Shown piece after piece: positions 16,760 through 25,495 of a DNA stretch of 46,044 bases. Position 1 is the stretch's first letter. Each line of letters starts with the position of its first letter. The stretch comes from Spirochaetota bacterium (lineage in GTDB: Bacteria; Spirochaetota; Spirochaetia; Treponematales; UBA12059). The stretch covers positions 1 through 46,044 of the forward strand of contig JAHIWF010000317.1 in the NCBI GenBank assembly GCA_018815555.1, read 5' to 3'. The translations under genes were made by a program, and so were the position numbers. A model generated the notes under the pieces. That model ran no database searches and was not told the DNA's origin. It was given only the letters and a program-made list of their open reading frames with translations.

Positions 16760-18277
16760 ATGGCCGGAAATGAAATCGTCGTTGATGTTGCAAGAATTAA
16801 GAAGGCTGCGCACAGTGCCATCCCTCTGACCATAACCACATATACCCTGCCGCACGAAATTGAAGTGTATATGGAAGAAGTACTCGATGTATTTCTCAAC
16901 GAGCTGGGGCAATCCCGGCTGAAAGACTATTTGGTATATTGTCTGCGTGAACTGGCGGTAAACGCCAAGAAAGCCAACACCAAGCGGGTGTATTTTGAAA
17001 CACGTGGTCTGAATCTGCATGATCCGGAAGAATACGAAGAGGGAATGAAGCAGTTCAAGGCTGATACCCTGGACAACATTGCCTATTACCTGCAAAAGCA
17101 GAAAGAAAAGCAGTATTACATCAAGCTTATTTTTCAGGCCCGTGGTTCCAATGTAGTACTGGAAGTTCGCAACAATGTTGAGATAACCAAAACCGAATAT
17201 ATTCGCATTCAGGATAAACTGGCCCGCTCGCGCAAGTTTGAGTCTCTTGAAGAGGCTATGGCTCAGGTGCTTGATTCTTCGGAAGGTGCCGGTCTTGGTC
17301 TGGTTATTCTGGTTTTGATGTTGCGCAAGATGGGCCTGGAAGAAGAGTGTTTTGATATCCGGGTGGAAAACGGTGAAACCGTAGCCCGCATTACGGTGCC
17401 GGTCAATGCCGCCAAGATCGAGAATCTGTCGGCATTAACAGATGAAATTGTAAATCGCATCAGCCGGCTGCCGCAGTTCCCCGAGAATATTCTGGCTATC
17501 CAGCGACTGATTGCCGATCCTAAATCGGAGATGGTAAGCATTGCCCGGCATATATCGATGGACCCCGCCATGACAGCCGACCTGCTCAAACTGGTCAATT
17601 CGGCGCAGTTTATGCTGCCGCGCAAGGTTGATAACATCGTGGATGCGGTAAAGCTGGTTGGGCTGCGCGGTATTAAAAACCTGCTCTACTCGTATGGTTC
17701 ACAGAAGATTTTTGCCACCGAGAATTCGGTTGACCAGAAGGCCTTGTGGGATCACAGTTATCGCTGCGCCTACTATGCTTATAATCTGGCCAAGAACTTT
17801 AAACCGAGTAACCGCATTCTGGCTGATGATACCTATGTCGGCGGTATGCTGCATGATATGGGCAAGATTGTTTTCTCGGCAATCCACCCCGAACTGCTGA
17901 CTCATATTGATTCCTTCTGCGAGAACAAGGGCATCGACAAGACCTTTTTTGAGGATCTTTCCGGCGGCTTGAACCACGCCGAGATCGGTGCCCGGGTAGC
18001 CGAAAAATGGAATTTCCCGGAGTCGCTGGTAGCTGCCATCCGTTTCCATCATGAACCAAGTCTGGTTTCCGGTGATTTTAAGGATGTGGCTTATACCGTG
18101 TATTTGGCAAACGTGTTCTGCGATTATGAGGGCGGCCACGTCAGCTGGGACCAGATTGATTCAACTGTGTTGCAGGACTTCGGTTTTCTGAGCGGCAAGC
18201 AGTTTGCCAAAACGGTGGAACAGTTTACCGAAGCCTTTAAACAGGAATCACTCAAACAGCGCCGGGCTGCACTGTAG
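16760..18277 (+). CDS. GHKL-ATPase-like domain fused to an HDOD domain
   Basis: The N-terminal part has an N-box-like ELAVNAKKAN and a G2-like EGAGLGL, but RNNVE where DxGxG is expected. The C-terminal part is HDOD (LPQFPENILAIQRLI..., LHDMGKIVF, HAEIGARVAEKW). Confidence 0.85.
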   Translation: MAGNEIVVDVARIKKAAHSAIPLTITTYTLPHEIEVYMEEVLDVFLNELGQSRLKDYLVYCLRELAVNAKKANTKRVYFETRGLNLHDPEEYEEGMKQFKADTLDNIAYYLQKQKEKQYYIKLIFQARGSNVVLEVRNNVEITKTEYIRIQDKLARSRKFESLEEAMAQVLDSSEGAGLGLVILVLMLRKMGLEEECFDIRVENGETVARITVPVNAAKIENLSALTDEIVNRISRLPQFPENILAIQRLIADPKSEMVSIARHISMDPAMTADLLKLVNSAQFMLPRKVDNIVDAVKLVGLRGIKNLLYSYGSQKIFATENSVDQKALWDHSYRCAYYAYNLAKNFKPSNRILADDTYVGGMLHDMGKIVFSAIHPELLTHIDSFCENKGIDKTFFEDLSGGLNHAEIGARVAEKWNFPESLVAAIRFHHEPSLVSGDFKDVAYTVYLANVFCDYEGGHVSWDQIDSTVLQDFGFLSGKQFAKTVEQFTEAFKQESLKQRRAAL

Positions 18278-20009
18278 CAGCTTCCGCGCCAGCTTTTTCT
18301 TCTAGTTTTCTGGCGGCAAAACTGAAAGCCAGCCACATCAGCACAACCAGAATGCTGTGATACCACACCCAGAGCGGCAGAACCCCAAGCATGCGCGGTG
18401 TTCCGCTTAGATTCCACCAATCCAGTCCGAGCCCCAGAAAGATGGCTGCCAGCAAGGCTCCGGTGCGCAGCAGGCGCAGGTCCGGCTGCTGGATTTGCTG
18501 TAGCGTCTGTTGGGCTGCTGTGCCGCTACTTGTATGCTGCAGCGCCGGCCGGCGGTTTCCCAGCCAATAGGCCAGCAGGCCGGTCAGCAGCACTGCTGAC
18601 TGCAGCAACGCATTGAAAATGACCGCCGGTATGGCCGGTTTGATGCCAAAGGCCTGCAGTACAACCAGGAAGGTGCCCAAAATCAGGCTGCCGGCTATAC
18701 TTGCCGGAAACAGCGCTGTCCACCGGGCTTTGCTGCGCACCTGAATCCGTTCGTACAGGGCCGGGAAATACAGGGCGGCCAGAGCGGCCGGAGCCAGAGA
18801 GGCATAGCCGGGGAAGGCTGTAGAGCCCAGAAAGCCCAGTATGCTGGCCGGCGGCCTGAGCGAAACCATCCAGGCTGCGACAGAGAGCAATACCCCGGCC
18901 GCACCTATTACTGATACTTTGCGCCAGCGGACGGGTAGAAAATCCTCTACCAGAATTGAAGAACAGGACAGCAGCTGGCTGTCCATAGTGGACATGAGTG
19001 CCGCCAATGCGGCTATGCTGAAAATCGGTCCCCACAGCGGACCGGCTAATTGAACATTCAGCAGGCTGAAAATGCTGTCACTGGCCAGCGGCGACAGCCC
19101 GGGAATGATGCGCGCTCCCAGTACGCCGATTGCCGCCATCGGAAAGAAGATAAGCAGACAGACCAGCGGATACAGCACAAAACTGCGCCGCAGCGCCGTG
19201 TCGGAACGGGCTGCATAAAAGCGCTGGATGAAATGCGGAAACATCGGATTTGCCAGCGACCATAAGAGGTAATAACCGGCCAGAACCAGCATGTTTTGTG
19301 ATCCGTCCAGGCCGCTGCGGGCATTTGGGCCGGGCACCGCGCGGTCGGCTGCCAGTTCCTGCCAGATGCCGCTCTTGCCGGCCTGTATGGCAATGATGGC
19401 AAAGGCACTCAGGCCCAGACCGATTAAGGCCGCCAGCTGCACAATATCGGTTCTTGCCACAGAACGCAGCCCGCCGCGCAACACATACAAGGCAATTACC
19501 GCGGCAACCAGGGCTGCTCCCAGTGGCCGGGACAGGCCGGTCAGTTGATTGATAAGCGTGCCGGCCGCGCCAGTCTGCACGGCCAGATAGGGCAGGGTAT
19601 ACAGCAGTGACAGCAAGGAAAACAAGGCGCCGCTAAGGCGACTGCCGCTGCGCGCGCTGATGAAGTGGGCTGGAGTGGTCCAATTTCCGGCAGCTGCCAG
19701 GCGACGCAGCGGCGTGCCGATGGTAAGGAAGGAAATAGCCATGAAGGCAGTGCCGAAAGCCATGACCGGCAGGAAGGCCCAGCCGCTGCGGTAAGCCGCG
19801 CCGGGTACGCCGAAAATGGTGAAGGCGGAAAGGTTGGATGCGGCCAGCGTTGCAAGCAGGGCGAGGCCGCCGAGTTTGCGTCCGGCCAGGACGTAGTCCG
19901 AAGAAGGGTTGGCGGCGGCTGAAAGGGTGGTGTCAGCAGCTTTGCGGCGCAGTGCAAACAACAGATTGCCGAGCAGAAAAAGGGCTATTGCCCAGGCGGC
20001 TGGATTCAT
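18252..20009 (-). CDS. Sodium:solute symporter (SSS) family transporter
   Basis: 585 aa and polytopic, with N-terminal SDYVLAGRKLGG typical of the SSS family. GGAGG lies 4 nt before the ATG. The substrate is unknown. Confidence 0.9.
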   Translation of the reverse strand: MNPAAWAIALFLLGNLLFALRRKAADTTLSAAANPSSDYVLAGRKLGGLALLATLAASNLSAFTIFGVPGAAYRSGWAFLPVMAFGTAFMAISFLTIGTPLRRLAAAGNWTTPAHFISARSGSRLSGALFSLLSLLYTLPYLAVQTGAAGTLINQLTGLSRPLGAALVAAVIALYVLRGGLRSVARTDIVQLAALIGLGLSAFAIIAIQAGKSGIWQELAADRAVPGPNARSGLDGSQNMLVLAGYYLLWSLANPMFPHFIQRFYAARSDTALRRSFVLYPLVCLLIFFPMAAIGVLGARIIPGLSPLASDSIFSLLNVQLAGPLWGPIFSIAALAALMSTMDSQLLSCSSILVEDFLPVRWRKVSVIGAAGVLLSVAAWMVSLRPPASILGFLGSTAFPGYASLAPAALAALYFPALYERIQVRSKARWTALFPASIAGSLILGTFLVVLQAFGIKPAIPAVIFNALLQSAVLLTGLLAYWLGNRRPALQHTSSGTAAQQTLQQIQQPDLRLLRTGALLAAIFLGLGLDWWNLSGTPRMLGVLPLWVWYHSILVVLMWLAFSFAARKLEEKAGAEAATVQPGAV

Positions 20010-20174
20010 GGGGCCTCCAATAAACCATCAGACTCCTGCAGGGCAGGATGGTGCTGACGGGTTGTACGTATGGAGGTTCTGGATGGCTGCCGCTTACCGG
20101 AACGGTAACTGACTGCCTGCAGCCGGTGGCGCAAACCGGCGCATAACCTGTGTTGTGCGCTCGGCAATTGTGTA

Positions 20175-20999
20175 CTATGAAGCGGCGGGCTGTGTAAAGT
20201 AGTGATGCAGAAAAAGCATGAGGTATTGCTGTACTCCCATAAAGTACTGCTGCTCCAGTTGGGCCGCGGCCCTTCCTGTGTAGCGGTAGTGCCAGCTCTC
20301 CCAGCTGTAGCCGCTTACATCACTCAGGCCTTGTGGGTACGACAGTGAAAAGCCGTAAAGCCAGGCGTTTTCGTCCAGCCACTTGCCTGCAGCGGTTTCG
20401 GCAAATTCGTCGGAAATGCTGCCAAAATCGATGGCCGTGCCCAGTTGATGCTGTGAATGCCCGGGGCGGGCCGAAACTTTGTCCGCAGCAGTCTGTCCCA
20501 TATTGCGCATATGCCGCGCATACACTTCGGTCTGGTAGTCATACGAACGGTAGGTAGAAGAAATAAGCAGGGTGACCCCCTGCTGCCGGGCGTCGGAAAC
20601 CATTTCCAGCAGGTCATCCATGAGTACCTGGCGCAGGCGGTGATCGTTGCGCGACAGGTCCAGCGGCCAAGCTGCCAGCCTGACCAGGTCGGCGGGAACA
20701 AAATCGGCCGGCAGGGCATGTGTTTTGTCGGCCAGCTGCAGCAAGCCGCCAGCTGCCTCGGAGTGGGCGATGGCTTCTTCCAGTAGCTGGAAAAAACCTG
20801 CCGGCCGGGCATTGATGGCCGCCAGAATAGTGTTGGCGGCAGCCGGAGGCAGCCGGCTGAGTGCCGTACTGATATGCAGCAGGCGAGAATCTATTTGGAT
20901 ACGCGGAACTTCGGCTGTTTGGGCGGCAGCTGAGTCTTCAGTACAGGATTGAATGCAGGGTAGAGCCAATAAAGCCAGAGTCAGTAATATAAAACGCAT
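20175..20999 (-). CDS. VanY-like D-alanyl-D-alanine carboxypeptidase (peptidase M15B), probable lipoprotein
   Basis: SSTYRSYDYQ, GHSQHQLGTAIDF and ESWHYRY motifs. Start set at MRFILLTLALLALPCIQSC (ATG 20999), supported by promoter geometry. Confidence 0.85.
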   Translation of the reverse strand: MRFILLTLALLALPCIQSCTEDSAAAQTAEVPRIQIDSRLLHISTALSRLPPAAANTILAAINARPAGFFQLLEEAIAHSEAAGGLLQLADKTHALPADFVPADLVRLAAWPLDLSRNDHRLRQVLMDDLLEMVSDARQQGVTLLISSTYRSYDYQTEVYARHMRNMGQTAADKVSARPGHSQHQLGTAIDFGSISDEFAETAAGKWLDENAWLYGFSLSYPQGLSDVSGYSWESWHYRYTGRAAAQLEQQYFMGVQQYLMLFLHHYFTQPAAS

Positions 21000-21004
21000 G
21001 ATCC

Positions 21005-21033
21005 ATAATAGCTTTTTGGGCTGTTTAAGGCAA
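21005..21033 (-). promoter_or_regulatory. Sigma70-type promoter of the VanY-like gene, leaderless geometry
   Basis: The minus strand reads TTGCCT (21033-21028), 17 nt, TATTAT (21010-21005), 5 nt, then ATG 20999. Confidence 0.45.
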
Positions 21034-21061
21034 GCTTGGATTGGCTGTGCAGAAAATTGTG

Positions 21062-21085
21062 GAGAATTTAGAGAATTTAGATTTA
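21062..21085. repeat. Tandem 9-mer GAGAATTTA x2 plus a degenerate third copy
   Basis: Seen directly, between the two divergent -35 elements. Confidence 0.7.
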
Positions 21086-21091
21086 TTTTCA

Positions 21092-21120
21092 TTGCATGCT
21101 TACTGCTTTCGTTATAATAT
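21092..21120 (+). promoter_or_regulatory. Sigma70-type promoter of the GGDEF-EAL gene, leaderless geometry
   Basis: TTGCAT (21092-21097), 17 nt, TAATAT (21115-21120), 6 nt, then ATG 21127. A perfect TATAAT also sits at 21113-21118. There is no SD. Confidence 0.4.
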
Positions 21121-21126
21121 TAGTGT

Positions 21127-22893
21127 ATGAATCAGTCTACCCCTGCCCTGGGTGCAATAGCGGCAGCTAAAGATAGTGTACAGACAGATACGGCATATTC
21201 CACAGTGAATCCGGCCTGGGCAGCACTGCTCAGATTCAGCCGGGATCTGGTACTGCTGCTGGACCCGGCGGGCTGCATCCGCTTTGCCGGCGGTGCTTTA
21301 AATTTACTCGGGTATAGTGCCGGGGCACTGTACGGGCGGCAGTTTTCCGACCTGGTGTCCGCGGAGTCTTTTGATACCGGTACTTTTCTGGCCGGCTGTG
21401 GCGAGCTTGATGCTTCCGCTGCCCCTAAGTCGCCGGCGCTGCGAATGTTGCATGCTTCCGGCCAGCAAGTAGAGCTGATACCCCTGGTTTCGGCCCAGGC
21501 CGGGCTGGTGTCCGATCCTATGGACAGCTGGATCATTAATTTGCGCGATACCAGCCAAGAACGCCTGGCCGGAGAGCGGGCAGCTTTTTTTGAACGTTAT
21601 GACCCGCTTACCCGGATACCCAACCGCAGCAGTTTTCTGCAGCAGCTGGGCAGTGCCATTACGGTTGCCCGCAACCGTAGCCGGCTGTTTTGTGTGCTTT
21701 CCATCGGCCTGGACCGATTTAAACGTATCAATGATCTCTATGGAACCGATGTGGGTGACGCGGTATTGGTTGCGGTTGCCAACCGGCTGCAGCTGGCTTT
21801 CCGGGACGGCGACATTCTTGCCCGCTTCCGTGGTGATAAATTTTTTGCAATCTGTCAGGATATTCGCAACCACGAGGATGTAAAGTCGATTATAGCCAAG
21901 GTGCAGGCCGCACTGGATTTCCAGTTGCCGGAAGTTGATGCCGGCTTGCGTCTGTCGGCTTCGATAGGCATAGCCTTTTATCCCAATGACGCTCTGGACA
22001 CCGCCGGGCTGATCCGTAATGCCGAGACGGCCATGTATATGGCAAAAGAGGTTGGGCGCGACAACTACCGTCTGTATGACGCCCGCATGAATGAAGCCCT
22101 GCTGGACCGTCAGCGCATCGAAAACGAACTGGACGGAGCCATACGTTCCGGCGATTTTGAGCCTTATTTTCAGCCCAAGGTAGACCGCGCCGGTGTACTT
22201 GTCGGGGTGGAAGCGCTTATTCGTTGGCGTTTGCCAAATGGTGAAATCCGGCCGCCTGCGTATTTTATTCCACTGGCCGAATCCAACGGCCTGATAGAGA
22301 ATATTGGCGCTATCATGCTGCGTAAAACCTGCGCGCTGGCGGCGCAGTTCCATCATCGCGGCCTGCTTAAGGTACCGGTATCCATAAATCTATCGGCACG
22401 CCAATTCAGCCAGGCCGGCCTGCTCGGGCAAATCCAGGGAGCAATAGTGGATAATGATCTGCCGCCTGAGCTGGTCGAGTTTGAAATTACTGAAAGCAGC
22501 ATCATGGACAATGAGGCCGACGGCATTGCCCAGCTGAAGCGCTTGAAAAATCTGGGTGTTTCGGTTTCTATCGACGATTTCGGTACCGGTTATAGTTCTT
22601 TCTCAAAACTTAAAGATTATCCTATAGACATCATTAAAATGGACAAATCCTTTGTAGACCCGTTGCCTGACGATCGAAAAGCAACTATTATCGCTTCGGC
22701 TATTGTCGATCTCGCGCACACCCTCAGCTTTTCGGTTGTAGCCGAAGGGGTGGAAACGGTTGACCAGCTGCATTTTCTGGATACCATTTTCTGTGATTCT
22801 TACCAGGGCTATCTATTTTCGAAACCCCTGGCCGCAGCTGCCTTCGAGGCCCTGCTGCAGCAGAATCGCCCCCTGGCCATGAGTGTCAGCTGA
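21127..22893 (+). CDS. PAS - degenerate GGDEF - EAL protein (probable c-di-GMP phosphodiesterase)
   Basis: The GGDEF motif reads RGDKF, with RDGD (RxxD) 5 aa upstream. The EAL domain has the full motif set (EALIRW, NLS, EITES, DDFGTGYSS, KMDKSF, AEGVET, QGYLFSKP). Confidence 0.9.
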   Translation: MNQSTPALGAIAAAKDSVQTDTAYSTVNPAWAALLRFSRDLVLLLDPAGCIRFAGGALNLLGYSAGALYGRQFSDLVSAESFDTGTFLAGCGELDASAAPKSPALRMLHASGQQVELIPLVSAQAGLVSDPMDSWIINLRDTSQERLAGERAAFFERYDPLTRIPNRSSFLQQLGSAITVARNRSRLFCVLSIGLDRFKRINDLYGTDVGDAVLVAVANRLQLAFRDGDILARFRGDKFFAICQDIRNHEDVKSIIAKVQAALDFQLPEVDAGLRLSASIGIAFYPNDALDTAGLIRNAETAMYMAKEVGRDNYRLYDARMNEALLDRQRIENELDGAIRSGDFEPYFQPKVDRAGVLVGVEALIRWRLPNGEIRPPAYFIPLAESNGLIENIGAIMLRKTCALAAQFHHRGLLKVPVSINLSARQFSQAGLLGQIQGAIVDNDLPPELVEFEITESSIMDNEADGIAQLKRLKNLGVSVSIDDFGTGYSSFSKLKDYPIDIIKMDKSFVDPLPDDRKATIIASAIVDLAHTLSFSVVAEGVETVDQLHFLDTIFCDSYQGYLFSKPLAAAAFEALLQQNRPLAMSVS

Positions 22894-22906
22894 CTGGAGG
22901 ACCTGC

Positions 22907-23785
22907 ATGACTGATCCGGCATTCTTCGGAGATACTATCATAAACTGGCTGCATGGCCTTGATTCTCTCCTGGTGCTGCTGCCGGCAAAGTTCCTGCTGC
23001 TGCTGGAACAGCCGGCTTTTTATTTTATTATTCTGCCCATCATGTATTGGTGTTTAGACCGCTCAAAGGCGTTGCGGCTGGCCGTATTGGGCAGTCTTGG
23101 CGCTTTTCTTGGCCGCAGCATGGACCTTTCGCTGTCCGGGTATTTCGGCCTGCCTGCCGGTGTTTCTTTTCTGTCACTGTATCTGATTGCCGCGGCGGCC
23201 ATGTGGCTGCTGGCGATGAACTTTTTTGTCCGGAGGCGATGGCAGTGGCTGGGTTTTGCCATGCCTCTGATCTTGCTGCTGGCCGAAGCTGTTGTTCACG
23301 GCGGCACCCTGCCGGGGCTGCTGGTTTCGGTACTGGCCGGCTGGGGCCTGGCGGCGGTTTGGCTGATACCCGGCCGCCGTTTCGAGCTGCTGTTGTCGCG
23401 TCTGCATCCACGGGTAAAAATCAGCTTGGCCGCCTTGCTGGCCTTTGGTATGAATGCTGTGCTGTTAACCGAAACCGGTCTGCCCGGCCTGTTTTTCGGT
23501 GCTGTCCTGGGGGCCAGCCTGCTGGATCTGCGCTTGGTGTTCAAGCCGGCCGGCGGAACCCTGCTGCAGCGTCTGCTAAGGATACCGCTTGGATTCGGCG
23601 GACTGGCTTTGTTATATTTTATTGGCGACCGGCTGCTGGTTCTCGGCGGTGACAGTCTGTATCCGTTGGTTTATTTTATCTTCAGCACCGTTCTGGCTTT
23701 TTGGTGTACTTTCGCTGCTCCATGGGTTTTTGTGCGTTTGCTTCACTCAGACCAGGAAAAATCAGGATTCTGTAACACAAAATAA
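22907..23785 (+). CDS. Polytopic membrane protein, PAP2-like N-terminal pattern without catalytic motifs
   Basis: GGAGG lies 6 nt before ATG 22907. The stretch INWLHGLDS...FYFIILPIMYWCLDRSKALRL resembles the lead-in of PAP2 phosphatases, but I found no KxxxxxxRP, PSGH or SRxxxxxHxxxD. Confidence 0.6.
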   Translation: MTDPAFFGDTIINWLHGLDSLLVLLPAKFLLLLEQPAFYFIILPIMYWCLDRSKALRLAVLGSLGAFLGRSMDLSLSGYFGLPAGVSFLSLYLIAAAAMWLLAMNFFVRRRWQWLGFAMPLILLLAEAVVHGGTLPGLLVSVLAGWGLAAVWLIPGRRFELLLSRLHPRVKISLAALLAFGMNAVLLTETGLPGLFFGAVLGASLLDLRLVFKPAGGTLLQRLLRIPLGFGGLALLYFIGDRLLVLGGDSLYPLVYFIFSTVLAFWCTFAAPWVFVRLLHSDQEKSGFCNTK

Positions 23786-24810
23786 TCTTTTACACCGCTG
23801 GATGCGTACAGTTTCCGGTTCTGGTCCACAAATACAGCATCTATCCCGGTCAGGCTTTCGGCCAGAGCCAGTCCGCTTTCGATGCCCATCGCCAATAGCG
23901 ATGTGGACAGTGCGTCGGCGTCGATTGATGAACGGCTGATTATAGTTACCGAAATTACTCCGTTGTCTACCGGATAGCCGTCTTCCGTACTGAGGATATG
24001 GTGGTAGCGCTGTCCGTCATCACCAAAGAAGTAGCGTTCATAGATACCGCTGGTGACCATGGTGTTGCTGCCTGGCAGGCTTAGCAGGCCCAGATAGGCC
24101 TGATCCGGCTCGACCGGGTTTTTGATGGCTATGCGCCAGGGGCTGCCGTCCGGTTTACTGCCAATTGTTACTATGTTGCCTCCCAGATCGACAATGGCCG
24201 CTTTTACTCCGCCGGCCAAGAGCAGCTTGCTCAGTTCATCGGCGGCATAGCCTTTGGCAATTGCACCCAGGTCCAGGGACATGCCGCTGCGCGCAAGAAA
24301 AACAGTCTGCTGCTGCGGGTCGAGTATGACATCGCCAGCATTAATAAAAGACAGCGCCAGCTGTATTTCTTCCGGTTCAGGAACGCGTTCGGTGCCGCCC
24401 TGGATATCCCACAGGCGGCTGAGCGGATCTATAGTCGGGTCAAAATTTCCCTGCGATAGCCTTGCGTATTCGAGTGCTTTTTCTATAACCGCGAAGAGTT
24501 CGGGTTCTACCGCCACCGGATGTATGCCGGCGGCCTTGTTTACCTGCATCAGGCTGGAATCGTCCTGCCGTGCGCTCAGGATCTGCTCCAGTGCATGCAG
24601 GCGGGCAAAGGCATCATTCATGATTTGCTGGCTGCCGCCCTCTATGAGGGTGATGGTACAGACGGTGTTCAAGGCAAAGTCGCTGGCTTTCAGCGGGCCG
24701 GCTGGTGTTTTGCTGCAGGACAGACTAATGGAAAGAATAGCTGCAATGAGCAGTATTGTTATAGCCGCGGAACGGGTTAAGATCTGTCTCTTGGGGGCAA
24801 ACCCGGGCAT
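23743..24810 (-). CDS. apbE: FAD:protein FMN transferase (ApbE family) lipoprotein
   Basis: LDLGAIAKGYAAD, GGNIVTIG, MVTSGIYERYF, HHILS and SSIDADALSTS motifs. Lipoprotein signal ...LSISLSC. Start at ATG 24810, 13 nt after the MBL gene. Confidence 0.9.
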   Translation of the reverse strand: MPGFAPKRQILTRSAAITILLIAAILSISLSCSKTPAGPLKASDFALNTVCTITLIEGGSQQIMNDAFARLHALEQILSARQDDSSLMQVNKAAGIHPVAVEPELFAVIEKALEYARLSQGNFDPTIDPLSRLWDIQGGTERVPEPEEIQLALSFINAGDVILDPQQQTVFLARSGMSLDLGAIAKGYAADELSKLLLAGGVKAAIVDLGGNIVTIGSKPDGSPWRIAIKNPVEPDQAYLGLLSLPGSNTMVTSGIYERYFFGDDGQRYHHILSTEDGYPVDNGVISVTIISRSSIDADALSTSLLAMGIESGLALAESLTGIDAVFVDQNRKLYASSGVKDYFVLQNPDFSWSE

Positions 24811-24823
24811 GAAAGATTTTCGG

Positions 24824-25489
24824 TCAGAGGTAATAATGCTTTTCCTTTCTGATGCTGGTTTCCGGTCCGTGGCCGGGCAGTACCCTGGTGTTTTCCGGCA
24901 GGATGCACAGTTTTTGCCGGATACTGCGCAGAATGCTGTCTTCATCGGCATCGAAGCCGTCGGTCCGGCCGCGGCCGCTGTTGAACAGAGTGTCTCCGCT
25001 GATTAAGGTACTGCCGTTTTCCAGCAGAAAACAGCAGCTACCGGGTGTGTGTCCGGGGGTATGCAGGCTCAGGATATCGGTATCCGGCAGTATCTGGCCG
25101 TCTGTAAGATAGAAGTCCGGCTCCGGAATGGTAACCATGAAGGAATTAAAAAAGCCGGTAGCCCTGATACTGGCAAACAATTTTTCGTTGGTAGCTACCG
25201 ATGCTTCGCCGAAGTAGGCGGCGTCGGCCTGGTGAACACACAGCTTGCAGGGTATTTTTTCCGAACGCAGGGCGGGCAGCAACTCGGGCAGGGCGCCGGT
25301 GTGGTCAAGATGTCCATGCGTGCAGACAAGCAGTACGTAGGGGGCCTGACTGCGCTGGAAGGCCTGGCGTATTAGCGGGAGCAATAGTGCGGCATCTGCG
25401 CCGGGGTCAAAGACAGCCAGGGCTTGATTCTGTTTTTCTGCAATATAGACGTTTTCACCGATAGGACCTACACTGAATTGTTGTATCAT
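24824..25489 (-). CDS. MBL-fold metallo-hydrolase (glyoxalase II-like)
   Basis: THGHLDHTG (HxHxDH), and later HTPGHTPG. Confidence 0.9.
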   Translation of the reverse strand: MIQQFSVGPIGENVYIAEKQNQALAVFDPGADAALLLPLIRQAFQRSQAPYVLLVCTHGHLDHTGALPELLPALRSEKIPCKLCVHQADAAYFGEASVATNEKLFASIRATGFFNSFMVTIPEPDFYLTDGQILPDTDILSLHTPGHTPGSCCFLLENGSTLISGDTLFNSGRGRTDGFDADEDSILRSIRQKLCILPENTRVLPGHGPETSIRKEKHYYL

Positions 25490-25495
25490 AGGCAG

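Noticed and set aside
21304-22356. 350-aa antisense ORF within the GGDEF-EAL gene. Similar long antisense ORFs occur at 30392-31429, 6626-7411, 14301-15008, 5067-6233 and 18526-19035.
   Set aside because: Each lies opposite a gene with clear family motifs. None has an SD, a promoter or a recognisable domain.
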